Shown here one piece after another: positions 1 to 8,832 of a stretch of 64,000 nucleotides of DNA (position 1 is its first letter; the number at the start of each line of letters is the position of its first letter). This DNA is from Verrucomicrobiaceae bacterium (GTDB lineage Bacteria > Verrucomicrobiota > Verrucomicrobiia > Verrucomicrobiales > Akkermansiaceae). The notes under the pieces are model-generated. The model had not been told where the DNA came from. It did no database searches and saw nothing but the letters and a program-made list of their open reading frames with translations. The position numbers and the translations under genes are program-made. The stretch is taken from positions 128,001 to 192,000 of the forward strand of contig JBPOGH010000007.1 of NCBI GenBank assembly GCA_051252135.1, read 5' to 3'.

Positions 1-1
1 T

Positions 2-850
2 GCGGACGTTGCCGACGAAGAAGGCCGCACGCACGGTTTCAGCGAATTCGGTCGGGAAGTCGTCAAAGGAAGGCCCCTCGATGACCCTAATGACCGGTTG
101 ATCATCTGAAGTGAAATGACCTGCCCGTGACAAGGTGGCGAGGACGGCATCATGCTTTCGTGCGGTCTCTATCAGGCTATCGAAATCGATGGCCTGAATG
201 TATCCTGTCTTCCCTGCGGTAATTTCCCAACCGGTTCGATCGACGTCAGTGAGGTCCGATTGTTCGGACGTGGCATTTGGTTCGGGGAAGACAGATTTAA
301 TTGTCGTTTGGAGAACCTTGAAAGCGTCAGCGGTGACTTCCTCAACCTGAATATCCGAAAGGATGTGATGCACGAAGCGAATGAACAGAGTCAAGCAGAC
401 CAATGCCAGAAGAAGCGCAATGAGGATCGACAAGTGAGGGATGAGAACAGGGCCGCCAACTTCCTTGATTCCCCGCATAGCAAAGATGCAGAAAGTGAAG
501 GTGGCCAAAAGCGCTCCGAGCACTGTTTGACTGACTTTGTCCTTAATGAAGTTTCTCAACAAGCGGGGACCAAATTGCTGCGAGGCCAAGGCCATGGTCA
601 CCATGATACTGGAGAACGAAACTCCGGCGACCGCCAACATAGAGGTCGCAATTGTAGCAAGGAGGGAGCGGGCACCGGCCTGGTCGCCGAGGCCTACGAT
701 GGACTTCCACCACCCATCCACTCCCGCGAGCATCGTGTCGGCCCACAGGATGAACTGAGACAGAATGATTGCGGAAATGACCAGAGCGGAAGGAATGGTC
801 CAAGCCGAGGCGCGGATCTTCTCGCTCACATGGGAGATGAAAGTCGTCAT
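2..850 (-). CDS. DUF2254-family membrane protein (3' end runs off window)
   Basis: Read manually from ATG 850: MTTFISHVSEKIRASAW...ARSLLATIATSMLAVAGVSFSSIMVTMALASQQFGPRLLRNF...GYIQAID. Frame is open to the window edge; absent from ORF track. Confidence 0.85.
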   Translation of the reverse strand, partial: MTTFISHVSEKIRASAWTIPSALVISAIILSQFILWADTMLAGVDGWWKSIVGLGDQAGARSLLATIATSMLAVAGVSFSSIMVTMALASQQFGPRLLRNFIKDKVSQTVLGALLATFTFCIFAMRGIKEVGGPVLIPHLSILIALLLALVCLTLFIRFVHHILSDIQVEEVTADAFKVLQTTIKSVFPEPNATSEQSDLTDVDRTGWEITAGKTGYIQAIDFDSLIETARKHDAVLATLSRAGHFTSDDQPVIRVIEGPSFDDFPTEFAETVRAAFFVGNVR

Positions 851-886
851 TGATGGTAGGGCAAGAGGTGCCCCGGTCAGGCAAGG

Positions 887-1060
887 TTAGATCCGGCGGC
901 CGAAGATCACGAGGAGGGCGTGAATGAATCCAGGTAGCCAGAAGAGAAGAGTGAGGATCAAGTTAATGATGAAGCTACGGCCCAAGCCGGACTTGATTGC
1001 GACGGCAAGTGGAGGGAGGAAGAAGGCGATGATCGCCATAAGTACTTTGTTTTCAGACAT
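887..1060 (-). CDS. YqaE/Pmp3-family small membrane protein (57 aa)
   Basis: Manual translation MSENKVLMAIIAFFLPPLAVAIKSGLGRSFIINLILTLLFWLPGFIHALLVIFGRRI with Pmp3 signature LPPLAV...INLILTLL.W.PG.IHA. Confidence 0.9.
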   Translation of the reverse strand: MSENKVLMAIIAFFLPPLAVAIKSGLGRSFIINLILTLLFWLPGFIHALLVIFGRRI

Positions 1061-1109
1061 TTTTTTTAGGGGTTAGAGTTGTTTGATTGGTGAGCTTACG
1101 CGCGATGGA

Positions 1110-1361
1110 TTAGTAACGGCGTTTGTCTTTCTCATTGCCGACCGCATAGCCTCCGGCGGCTCCGGCAGCAGCGCCGATTGCTGCTCCTTCTCCGGCATTT
1201 CCTGACTGATTGCCGATGATTGCGCCGGCAGCACCTCCAAGTAAGGCACCGGTGGTGGCGTCGCGCTGGGCGTTGCTGCTACCGGTGGTGCAGCTTGAAG
1301 TGACCAGTGAAAATGCGATGAGGACTGACGAGGTGGCTAGTGTGGTTACTTGTTTTTTCAT
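1110..1361 (-). CDS. Glycine-zipper lipoprotein
   Basis: Signal peptide ending TSSC, then GALLGGAAGAIIG...GAAIGAAAGAAGG. Confidence 0.85.
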   Translation of the reverse strand: MKKQVTTLATSSVLIAFSLVTSSCTTGSSNAQRDATTGALLGGAAGAIIGNQSGNAGEGAAIGAAAGAAGGYAVGNEKDKRRY

Positions 1362-1375
1362 ACCGTGGAAGGGGG

Positions 1376-1391
1376 TGCTCGTAGCGTGCCG
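1376..1391 (-). promoter_or_regulatory. sigma54-like -24/-12 promoter for glycine-zipper gene
   Basis: CGGCACGCTACGAGCA, GG-N10-GC spacing, just upstream of ATG 1361. Confidence 0.4.
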
Positions 1392-1569
1392 ATCGTCTCC
1401 GGCCGACCCGATGTGGGGGAGAATCCCTTAGTTTCGAAGGGGGGAGAGGTTTCCCGGGGCCCAGCGATCCGGCGATGTGCCGAGAAGTTTTGCACGATCC
1501 TCTGATGCATCTTGTTGCGAATTGCATCCTTGAGTTCCGAGAAGGTTGACTCCCGTAGGAAAGGGCGGA

Positions 1570-1585
1570 TGGAACGGCCTCTGCA
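1570..1585 (+). promoter_or_regulatory. sigma54-like -24/-12 promoter for BON-MscS gene
   Basis: TGGAACGGCCTCTGCA, GG-N10-GC spacing, 12 nt before ATG 1598. Confidence 0.45.
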
Positions 1586-1597
1586 AACCGTGGGGGG

Positions 1598-2887
1598 ATG
1601 AAGAGTATCTTGGTTCTAATTTTATTATTTCTCCCGCTGTCGGCTCAACAATCGCCGATTCCCGAAGAAGTGGGGGTGGCGGAGCTTCCAGCGGAATCAG
1701 ATGCGGGCATCCGTGCGCGGCTCGCTGAGATTTTTCGATCCATTGACGCGCTTTCCAACGTGGAGGTCGATGTTGTCCATGGTGTGGTTACGCTTTCAGG
1801 CAAGGTCACTTCGAGCGAGGCGAGTGAAGAGGCAAAAGCGCTGGCCGAAGGGTTGGCAGGTGTTGTTTATGTTCGGGATCTTACTGAGGGTGAAGTCGAG
1901 GTGACCGCGCGACTGGAGCCCGCGAGGCAAAAGGCGGTTGAAATTGGGCGCGGGTTTCTTGAAAAGCTCCCGCTGATCGGAATCGCGATGGCAGTGGTGG
2001 CGGTGATGTGGTGGATGGGCTCGTGGTTGGGGGGGCGACGTGCCTGGCTGGTGAAGACGGGCCTCAATGAATTGTCGGCGGGTTTGGTGGGGAGAGTGGT
2101 CAAGCTGCTTGTGATTGGGTTGGGGATTTTTATGGCCCTCGAGATTCTGGATGCGACCGCCATCGCTGCGGGCATTCTGGGTGTTGCGGGGGTGGCCGGA
2201 GTGGCGCTTGGTTTCGCCTTTCGCAATATTGTTGAGAACTACCTTGCGGGAATCCTCCTTTCGATGAGGAACCCCTTTTCAACAGGCGATGCGGTGCAGT
2301 TTGGTGATCATCTTGGCAAGGTGGTCCGTCTGACTTCGAGAGACACTGTTTTGATGACCTACGAAGGAAACCATCTGCGAATTCCGAACAGTCTGATCAT
2401 CACCTCAGCGCTGACCAATTTCACCCGAAATCCCTTCCGGCGTTTTGACTTTGCGGTGGGGGTATCCACCGAATTGGATCTTACAGCGGTCCGCCGGCTT
2501 GGGATGGAAGCCCTGAACAATGTGCACAGTGTTCTGGATGATCCGGAACCTTATATTTTGGTGGAAGAGCTGGGAGACAGCACGGTGAACATCCGGTTTT
2601 TTGGTTGGGTGGATCAGCGGGAGCATGATTTTAACAAATCCAAGAGTGAGGCGATTCGTCTCGTGAAGGAGCGATTCGATGAAGCGGGAGTGGAAATGCC
2701 CGAGCCGATCTACAGGGTGCACCTAAGACGGGCAGGCGACGAACGCAAAAATCGATCTGTCCCCAAGGTGGCCTCAACCGGGCAGGATGCACCAGGGATG
2801 GACACTAGAATCGACAATACCATTGAGAAACAGGTTGCTTCGATTGCTTCTAACGAGAGCGAGACCAACCTCCTGGAAGGGAAATAA
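1598..2887 (+). CDS. MscS-family mechanosensitive channel with N-terminal BON domain
   Basis: Signal peptide; BON-like VEVDVVHGVVTLSGKV; MscS core GFAFRNIVENYLAGI...PFSTGD...RIPN. Confidence 0.9.
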   Translation: MKSILVLILLFLPLSAQQSPIPEEVGVAELPAESDAGIRARLAEIFRSIDALSNVEVDVVHGVVTLSGKVTSSEASEEAKALAEGLAGVVYVRDLTEGEVEVTARLEPARQKAVEIGRGFLEKLPLIGIAMAVVAVMWWMGSWLGGRRAWLVKTGLNELSAGLVGRVVKLLVIGLGIFMALEILDATAIAAGILGVAGVAGVALGFAFRNIVENYLAGILLSMRNPFSTGDAVQFGDHLGKVVRLTSRDTVLMTYEGNHLRIPNSLIITSALTNFTRNPFRRFDFAVGVSTELDLTAVRRLGMEALNNVHSVLDDPEPYILVEELGDSTVNIRFFGWVDQREHDFNKSKSEAIRLVKERFDEAGVEMPEPIYRVHLRRAGDERKNRSVPKVASTGQDAPGMDTRIDNTIEKQVASIASNESETNLLEGK

Positions 2888-2967
2888 TGCAATGTTTACA
2901 GTGGTGGAGAGGTGGTAAAATGCATGCTTCCGATCAAGGTTTTCCCGTGAAGTGCAGGAAAAGACGC

Positions 2968-2983
2968 TGGTACGCTTACAGCA
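2968..2983 (+). promoter_or_regulatory. sigma54-like -24/-12 promoter for second mscS
   Basis: TGGTACGCTTACAGCA, GG-N10-GC, 12 nt before ATG 2996 (an AGGAG SD-like motif also follows). Confidence 0.4.
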
Positions 2984-2995
2984 AGGAGAGAAAGC

Positions 2996-3910
2996 ATGAT
3001 CATTCATCCCATACTCGCTGAAGTAGAGGTTCTGGACAAAAGTCCGACGACGATATTGGTACAGTCGCTCGGGGACATTGTGAAGGATGCCATCGCGCAC
3101 CTGCCTTACATTTTGGGGGCAGTGGTGGCGCTACTGCTGACATGGCTGATTTCGGCTCTTTTTCAAAAACTGGTTCCCAAGCTTCTCGACAAAGGAACCT
3201 GGCGGACGTCGCTGAAGGAGCTTGCGGTGACGCTGGGCAAGGTGGTGATTTGGTTGGTGGGCGTCATGGTGGCGGCAATGATACTTTTTCCCGGCCTGAC
3301 TCCTTCAAAGGCATTGGGGGCTGCCGGACTTGCGTCAGTGGCGGTGGGATTGGCGTTTAAGGACATTTTTCAGAATTTCTTCGCCGGAATACTGCTGCTT
3401 TGGAAATTTCCCTTTGAGCCGGGAGACTTCATACAGTGCGGCGATGTGAAGGGGAAGGTGGTAGAGACGGAATTGCGACTCACCACGATCCGTCGGACCA
3501 CGGGAGAGCTTATCACTGTCCCCAATGCTTATCTGGTGGGCAATCCCATCGACGTTCTCACCAATCGCGATATCAGGAGAATGGAGATTACTACGGGGGT
3601 GGCTTACGGTGAGGATGTGGCCGAGGCGGTCGGAGTGCTGGAGAAGGCGCTCGCAGAATGTTCCACGGTGGACCAATCCCAGCCATGCGACGTTTTGGTA
3701 TCGAACTTCGGAGCCAGCAGTATCGATATCGATGTGCTTTATTGGACGAAGTCCGCGCCGCTCGATTTCCGGAAGTCGAAATCCGAAGTCATCACGGCAC
3801 TTAAGAAGGCTTTGGATGATGCCGGAATTGAAATTCCGTTCCCTTACCGGACTCTGACATTCGCGGAACCACTGAGGATTCTCAACGAGAAGAGCGATTC
3901 CGGGCAGTGA
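2996..3910 (+). CDS. MscS-family small-conductance mechanosensitive channel
   Basis: GLAFKDIFQNFFAGI, PFEPGDFI, TVPN, C-terminal GIEIPFP. Confidence 0.92.
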   Translation: MIIHPILAEVEVLDKSPTTILVQSLGDIVKDAIAHLPYILGAVVALLLTWLISALFQKLVPKLLDKGTWRTSLKELAVTLGKVVIWLVGVMVAAMILFPGLTPSKALGAAGLASVAVGLAFKDIFQNFFAGILLLWKFPFEPGDFIQCGDVKGKVVETELRLTTIRRTTGELITVPNAYLVGNPIDVLTNRDIRRMEITTGVAYGEDVAEAVGVLEKALAECSTVDQSQPCDVLVSNFGASSIDIDVLYWTKSAPLDFRKSKSEVITALKKALDDAGIEIPFPYRTLTFAEPLRILNEKSDSGQ

Positions 3911-3961
3911 TCCCGCGGGAGGGCTCGATATGCGCCAGTTTCCGCTAAATTGAGGGAGCAG

Positions 3962-3996
3962 AAAGCCCCTGTCACCGGAAGGTGATCAGGGGCTTT
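3962..3996. terminator. Intrinsic terminator hairpin between convergent mscS and tRNA-Phe
   Basis: AAAGCCCCTGTCACC-GGAA-GGTGATCAGGGGCTTT. Confidence 0.7.
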
Positions 3997-4004
3997 GGAA
4001 AGAG

Positions 4005-4080
4005 TGGTGGCTCATCTCGGATTCGAACCAAGGACACGCGGATTTTCAATCCGCTGCTCTACCAACTGAGCTAATGAGCC
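4005..4080 (-). tRNA. tRNA-Phe (GAA)
   Basis: Reverse complement GGCTCATTAGCTCAGTTGGTAGAGCAGCGGATTGAAAATCCGCGTGTCCTTGGTTCGAATCCGAGATGAGCCACCA; 76-nt cloverleaf with encoded CCA. Confidence 0.97.
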
Positions 4081-4144
4081 ATGCAGAAATGCTGCGGGCG
4101 GGTGATAAAGTCACCAACGGAGATTGGCAATAGAAAAACGCGCG

Positions 4145-4786
4145 TTATGGGCTCAGACGGGAAATTTTCCAGCTTCCGTCATTGCGGACGTAGCAAAACC
4201 GGTCATGGAGGCGGCCCGGGCGGCCTTGCCAAAATTCCAGATGATCGGGCTCCAGTTGGTAGCCACCCCAGAAATCGGGAAGGGGGACGGATTGGTTTTC
4301 CGGGAAACGAGCCATCATTTCCTGATCCCGCTCCTCGAGAAATGCGCGGTCGGGAACTTCTCTTGATTGGTTTTCCGAGACCCAGGCTCCAATCTGGGAG
4401 CCGTAGGGGCGGGAGTGGAAGTATTCGTCCGAGATGTCACGGGAGGTGCGGGTGACCTTCCCCCGGATGCAGACCTGGCGTTCGAGTTCTTTCCAGAGGA
4501 AGGTGAGGGAGGCGTAGGGATTGGCTTCGAGGTCCTGAGCCTTTTTTGAGGAGTAGTTGGTGAAGAAGCGGAAGCCTTGTGGGTCCATTCCTTTCAACAG
4601 GACGGTGCGGGAAGACGGGCGGCCCAGTTGATCGGCGGTAGCCAGGGTCATGGCGTTGGGTTCGATGAGCTTGGCACCGAGGGCCTGTTCCATCCAGTGT
4701 TCAAACTGGGTGAAGGGGCAGGGGTGGAGGTCCTTGCGGGACAGTCCGGCCATGGCGTAGTTCTCGCGGAGTTCGGGGAGGTTCAT
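4145..4786 (-). CDS. pdxH: Pyridoxamine 5'-phosphate oxidase
   Basis: EPNAMTLAT, RTVLLK, FFTNY.S.K, EFWQGRPGRLHDR; start taken at MNLPELRENY. Confidence 0.95.
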   Translation of the reverse strand: MNLPELRENYAMAGLSRKDLHPCPFTQFEHWMEQALGAKLIEPNAMTLATADQLGRPSSRTVLLKGMDPQGFRFFTNYSSKKAQDLEANPYASLTFLWKELERQVCIRGKVTRTSRDISDEYFHSRPYGSQIGAWVSENQSREVPDRAFLEERDQEMMARFPENQSVPLPDFWGGYQLEPDHLEFWQGRPGRLHDRFCYVRNDGSWKISRLSP

Positions 4787-5052
4787 TTTTCGTCGTCGGT
4801 GATTTCCATGGTGACGTAGTCGTCGCCCTCGATTTTTTGCCGGATATGATTCACCCAGAACAGGGCGAGGAGGCCAAGGAAGGCGAGGGAGCATTCCAGA
4901 AAGATTGGGGTGAACATGACCCCGAGGGTTTTGGCGGCGATCTCGCCAACGAGGCCGGGGAGGTTGGCCAGCAGGCTTAGGATAATGATGACAAAGGCGA
5001 CGCCCACGATGGGGATCATGCCCTTGATGATGAGTTTGGTCTTCCGCTTCAT
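4783..5052 (-). CDS. Hypothetical 2-TM membrane protein
   Basis: MKRKTKLIIKG..., two hydrophobic helices; stop overlaps pdxH start (ATGA). Confidence 0.7.
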   Translation of the reverse strand: MKRKTKLIIKGMIPIVGVAFVIIILSLLANLPGLVGEIAAKTLGVMFTPIFLECSLAFLGLLALFWVNHIRQKIEGDDYVTMEITDDEK

Positions 5053-5122
5053 GGAGGGACTATTCCAAAATTTCGTGACGGTTACAATGGCAGTGAGGAG
5101 GAAGAAACCATAGGTTGGTGCC

Positions 5123-5335
5123 ATGACAAGACGGAGTTTATTGGTGACTTATATCCTTTGGTTCTTCTTTGGGGTGTTTGGAGTGCATCGGCTATATTTG
5201 GGCCATATTGGCTGGGCGGTGGTGTATTTTCTGACCGGGGGATTGTTCCTGATCGGCTGGATTGTGGACCTGTTTCTGAATCCTTCGTATGTTGCGGAGT
5301 ATAATGCCAGGCTGCGGACGGTGGGATTGATTTGA
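5123..5335 (+). CDS. TM2-domain membrane protein
   Basis: YILWFFFGVFGVHRLYLG...TGGLFLIGWIVDLF. Confidence 0.88.
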   Translation: MTRRSLLVTYILWFFFGVFGVHRLYLGHIGWAVVYFLTGGLFLIGWIVDLFLNPSYVAEYNARLRTVGLI

Positions 5336-5344
5336 AGCATAGCC

Positions 5345-5373
5345 TTGCCCGTTGGCTTAGTGGTGGGTAAAGC
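5345..5373 (+). promoter_or_regulatory. sigma70-like promoter of cysS (probably leaderless)
   Basis: TTGCCC-N17-TAAAGC, 7 nt before GTG 5381. Confidence 0.5.
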
Positions 5374-5380
5374 TCCGCGC

Positions 5381-6745
5381 GTGAGGTTGTTTGATACCCT
5401 GAAGCGCGAAGATGTCTCTCTGGAGCCGGTTGACGGTAAAACGTATCGTTTTTACTGCTGCGGGCCGACGGTCTATGGTCCGGCGCACATCGGCAATTTC
5501 CGGACGTTTGTGATGCAGGATGTGCTTCGGCGTGTCCTGGAAGTGGGAGGCTTGAAGACGAAGCACGTCCGGAATATCACGGATGTGGATGACAAGACGA
5601 TTCGGGATTCGGTGGCGGCGGGACGGACGCTCTCGGATTTCACCTCGGAATGGCGGGATAAGTTTCATGTTGATTGCGAGGCCCTCAACTGCCTGAAACC
5701 GCATGTGGAGCCGAGCGCGGTGGCACACGTGCCGGAACAGATCACGATGATTGGGGAGCTGGTGGAGAAGGGGCATGCCTATGCTTCGGAGGACGGCTCG
5801 GTTTACTTCAAGATCTCGTCATTTCCCGAGTACGGGAAGCTTTCCCGGCTTGAAACCCGTGAGCTGGACATGGGGAAGACGCAGAATGCCCGTGCGAACT
5901 CGGATGAGTATGACAAGGACAACGCGGCGGATTTTGTGCTGTGGAAGGGGAGGCGTGACGAGGATGGAGAGAATTTTTGGGAGAGTCCGTGGGGGCAGGG
6001 GAGGCCGGGTTGGCATTTGGAGTGCTCGGCGATGATCCGGAAGTATTTAGGGGAGACCTTTGATTTGCATAGCGGCGGGGAGGATTTGATTTTTCCCCAC
6101 CATGAGAACGAGATTGCGCAGTCGAAGTGCTCGTGCGGAGGCGAGTTTGCGAAGCATTGGTTTCACTCGACGCATTTGTTGGTGAATGGAAAGAAGATGT
6201 CGAAGTCCAGCGGGACACTTTATACGCTGGGTGATCTGGCGAAAGAGGGATGGACGGCGATGGAGGTCAGGTATGTCCTGATTGGAGGGCACTACCGGAA
6301 GCAGCTGAATTTCACGAAGGAATCCCTGCATGCGGCGCGGGAGGCGCTGATGAAGTTGGCGAAGGCGGCAAAGGGACGAGTGGCGCCCGGATACAGGGAG
6401 TTGCTCAAGACGCGTGATTTTGGGGTGTTTGCGAAGGGGTGGGAGAAGCTGAATATTGATTTGAACACGGCGGGTGCGCTGGGAGAGATTTTTGGGAATC
6501 TAAAAAAAGCCGGGACCGATGACGACTGGAGGGGATTTTTTGCGCTCTTGTCCTCGCTTGGTTTGGTTTTACCGGAACCCGAGGTGGCGGCTGTTCCGTC
6601 CGATATTGCCGCGTTGGCTGCCAAGAGATGGGAAGCACGGCAGCAGAAGGACTGGGCTGCTTCGGATGCCTGTCGTGACGAATTGGCGGAAAAAGGATGG
6701 GTGGTGAAGGATGGCACCGATAGTTACGAAGTCCTTCCGAAATGA
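5381..6745 (+). CDS. cysS: Cysteine--tRNA ligase
   Basis: YCCGPTVY..AHIGN, NITDVDDK, DFVLWK, GRPGWHLECSAM, FPHHENE, KMSKS; start set at GTG 5381. Confidence 0.97.
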   Translation: MRLFDTLKREDVSLEPVDGKTYRFYCCGPTVYGPAHIGNFRTFVMQDVLRRVLEVGGLKTKHVRNITDVDDKTIRDSVAAGRTLSDFTSEWRDKFHVDCEALNCLKPHVEPSAVAHVPEQITMIGELVEKGHAYASEDGSVYFKISSFPEYGKLSRLETRELDMGKTQNARANSDEYDKDNAADFVLWKGRRDEDGENFWESPWGQGRPGWHLECSAMIRKYLGETFDLHSGGEDLIFPHHENEIAQSKCSCGGEFAKHWFHSTHLLVNGKKMSKSSGTLYTLGDLAKEGWTAMEVRYVLIGGHYRKQLNFTKESLHAAREALMKLAKAAKGRVAPGYRELLKTRDFGVFAKGWEKLNIDLNTAGALGEIFGNLKKAGTDDDWRGFFALLSSLGLVLPEPEVAAVPSDIAALAAKRWEARQQKDWAASDACRDELAEKGWVVKDGTDSYEVLPK

Positions 6746-7704
6746 AGGTTTGCGTTGCGTCACCTTATTCCCTTGATGATCCCAAAGGGAACACCGTGAC
6801 GACGGTGCGGATCGTGGAGATCTTGAAGGAGGCGGGAATCGATGCCCGAGGGAGGCATGGGTTTGATGGTGAGCCGGCCGATGTTTTGATTGTGCTGCAT
6901 GCGGCCAAGGGGGCGTCGGCCTTGGCGCGGTATCGGGCCGAGTTTCCTGAAGGAAAGGTCATCCTTTTACTCACTGGAACGGATCTTTATCAGGATATTC
7001 CGGCCGGGTCGGAAGCGGGGTTGGGGTCAATGACGGCAGCCGATTGTATTGTGGTAATGCATGAAGCGGCGGTAGCGAGTGTGCCGGAGGAGTTCACCTG
7101 GAAGACCCGGGTGATCAATACGAGTCTGTCACCTGTTTTTCCCAAAGCAGAGGTGGTGAGGCCCCCATGGGCGATTTCGATTATCGGGCATTTGCGACCG
7201 GTTAAGAATCCTTTTGCGGTGATCGAAGCGGTTTCCCGTCATCCTGAATGGGCGGAGGTGGAAGTTTGGCAGATTGGAGGAGCACTTGATGAGGCGATGG
7301 AGAAAGAAGCCATCGAGTGGGGTCGTCGCGACGGGCGGTATCGCTGGTTTGGACAGGTTGTGAGGGAGGAAGCCTTGACGCTTTGTGCCCGGAGTTCTCT
7401 GACGGTGAATAGCTCCCATCATGAGGGGGGGGCCAATTCGGTGCTTGAAGCGATGACGATGGGAGTTCCGGTTTTGGGGAGCCGAATCGAAGGAAATGTG
7501 GGTTTGCTTGGTGAGGGATATCCCGGCCTTTACGATCCGGGTGATTTGGAAGAGCGGCTCAGCGAAATCGTTTCGGGATCGGTTGATTTGACGGAATGGG
7601 TGGAGGCCGCCAATACGCGGCTGTCCCAATTTACCAGAGAGCATGAGCAGGCCTGTTGGCTTGAGTTGCTAGAGGAACTCACCTATCCAAAGAAGTCCCG
7701 ATGA
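6742..7704 (+). CDS. GT-B glycosyltransferase, SenB (selenosugar synthase)-like family
   Basis: GNTVTT, IVLHA, LTGTDLY, GHLRPVKNP, EGGAN, GNVGLLGEGYPG match the SenB-family motif series; ATGA overlap with cysS. Confidence 0.8.
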   Translation: MKVCVASPYSLDDPKGNTVTTVRIVEILKEAGIDARGRHGFDGEPADVLIVLHAAKGASALARYRAEFPEGKVILLLTGTDLYQDIPAGSEAGLGSMTAADCIVVMHEAAVASVPEEFTWKTRVINTSLSPVFPKAEVVRPPWAISIIGHLRPVKNPFAVIEAVSRHPEWAEVEVWQIGGALDEAMEKEAIEWGRRDGRYRWFGQVVREEALTLCARSSLTVNSSHHEGGANSVLEAMTMGVPVLGSRIEGNVGLLGEGYPGLYDPGDLEERLSEIVSGSVDLTEWVEAANTRLSQFTREHEQACWLELLEELTYPKKSR

Positions 7705-8828
7705 GCCAATTCGATTACATTAAGGAAATCGCAGATCAGTTTGCGGTGAATGGAGAGCTGGTTGATTGCAGTGAGATCAAATCAGGTCACATCAATTCCA
7801 CCTACTTGGTCTCGTATGAAACCAGCGGGGGAGAGCAGTCGCGTTATATTCTCCAGAGAATCAACGAGCATGTGTTTAAGGATCCTTACGCGGTGATTCG
7901 CAACGTTGCCCGGGTGACGAAGCACATTAATGAAAAGGTGCTTAAGCATCATGAAGATGCGGCAGGTCAGACTCTGAGTCTTTATCCGGGACGGGACGGG
8001 AAGGTTTATGTGGAAGGCGAGGGCGGGGGAGTCTGGCGTTGTTATAATTTCATCGAGGGCTGTGCGACCTATGACGTGATCGAAAATGAGCAGCAGGCCT
8101 ATCAGGCCGGGAATGCTTTTGGGGCGTTTCAGGATCTGGTGAGAGATCTTCCCACCGACAGGATCGTGGAAACCATTCCGAATTTTCACGATACGGCATC
8201 CCGTTACCGGCGTTTGATGGACGTGATTGCGGCAGACCCCAAGGGACGGGTTGCGGAAGTTGGGAAGGAGATTGAGTTCATTCGTGAGCGGGAGGGGAGC
8301 ACCCGGGTTCTGCTCGATAAGATCGCTTCCGGAGAGCTTTGTGAGCGGATTACCCATAACGACACGAAGCTGAACAATGTGATGATCGACGAAGAGACCG
8401 ATCAGGCGGTGTGTGTGATCGACCTTGATACGGTAATGCCCGGTCTACCCCTCTACGACTTTGGTGATTTGATCCGAACGGCAACGAGTCCGGCGGAGGA
8501 AGATGAGCGCGATCTTTCGAAAGTTGAGATGCGGATGTCGATGTTTGAGCCCTTGGTAAGAGGTTATCTGGATACCGCGGGGGGATTCCTTTCACCTCTT
8601 GAGATTGAGCTGCTTCCGTTTTCGGGGATCGTGATTACCCTGGAGACCGGAATTCGTTTTCTGACGGATTACCTTGAGGGGGATGTTTACTTTAAGATTC
8701 ACCGCGACGGGCAGAATCTGGATCGCTGTCGGACCCAGTTGGCGCTGGTGAAATCAATTGAGGAGCAGGAGGAGGAGATGAAGGCCGCGGTAACGCGGAT
8801 TCTGACAGACGGGGCTCCCGAGTGGTGA
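7701..8828 (+). CDS. Aminoglycoside-phosphotransferase-fold kinase, N-acetylhexosamine 1-kinase (NahK/LnpB)-like
   Basis: GHINSTY, YILQRIN, ETIPNFH, THNDTKLNNV, IDLDTVMPG, RFLTDYL.GD.YFK; ATGA overlap with upstream GT. Confidence 0.85.
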   Translation: MSQFDYIKEIADQFAVNGELVDCSEIKSGHINSTYLVSYETSGGEQSRYILQRINEHVFKDPYAVIRNVARVTKHINEKVLKHHEDAAGQTLSLYPGRDGKVYVEGEGGGVWRCYNFIEGCATYDVIENEQQAYQAGNAFGAFQDLVRDLPTDRIVETIPNFHDTASRYRRLMDVIAADPKGRVAEVGKEIEFIREREGSTRVLLDKIASGELCERITHNDTKLNNVMIDEETDQAVCVIDLDTVMPGLPLYDFGDLIRTATSPAEEDERDLSKVEMRMSMFEPLVRGYLDTAGGFLSPLEIELLPFSGIVITLETGIRFLTDYLEGDVYFKIHRDGQNLDRCRTQLALVKSIEEQEEEMKAAVTRILTDGAPEW

Positions 8829-8832
8829 TTGT

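Noticed and set aside
152..853. 233-aa plus-strand ORF in the track
   Set aside because: Exact antisense shadow of the DUF2254 gene; no recognisable motifs
6743..7704. TGA stops of cysS and the SenB-like gene as possible selenocysteine codons
   Set aside because: Both are ordinary ATGA stop/start overlaps at the expected protein ends; no SECIS-like hairpin recognised
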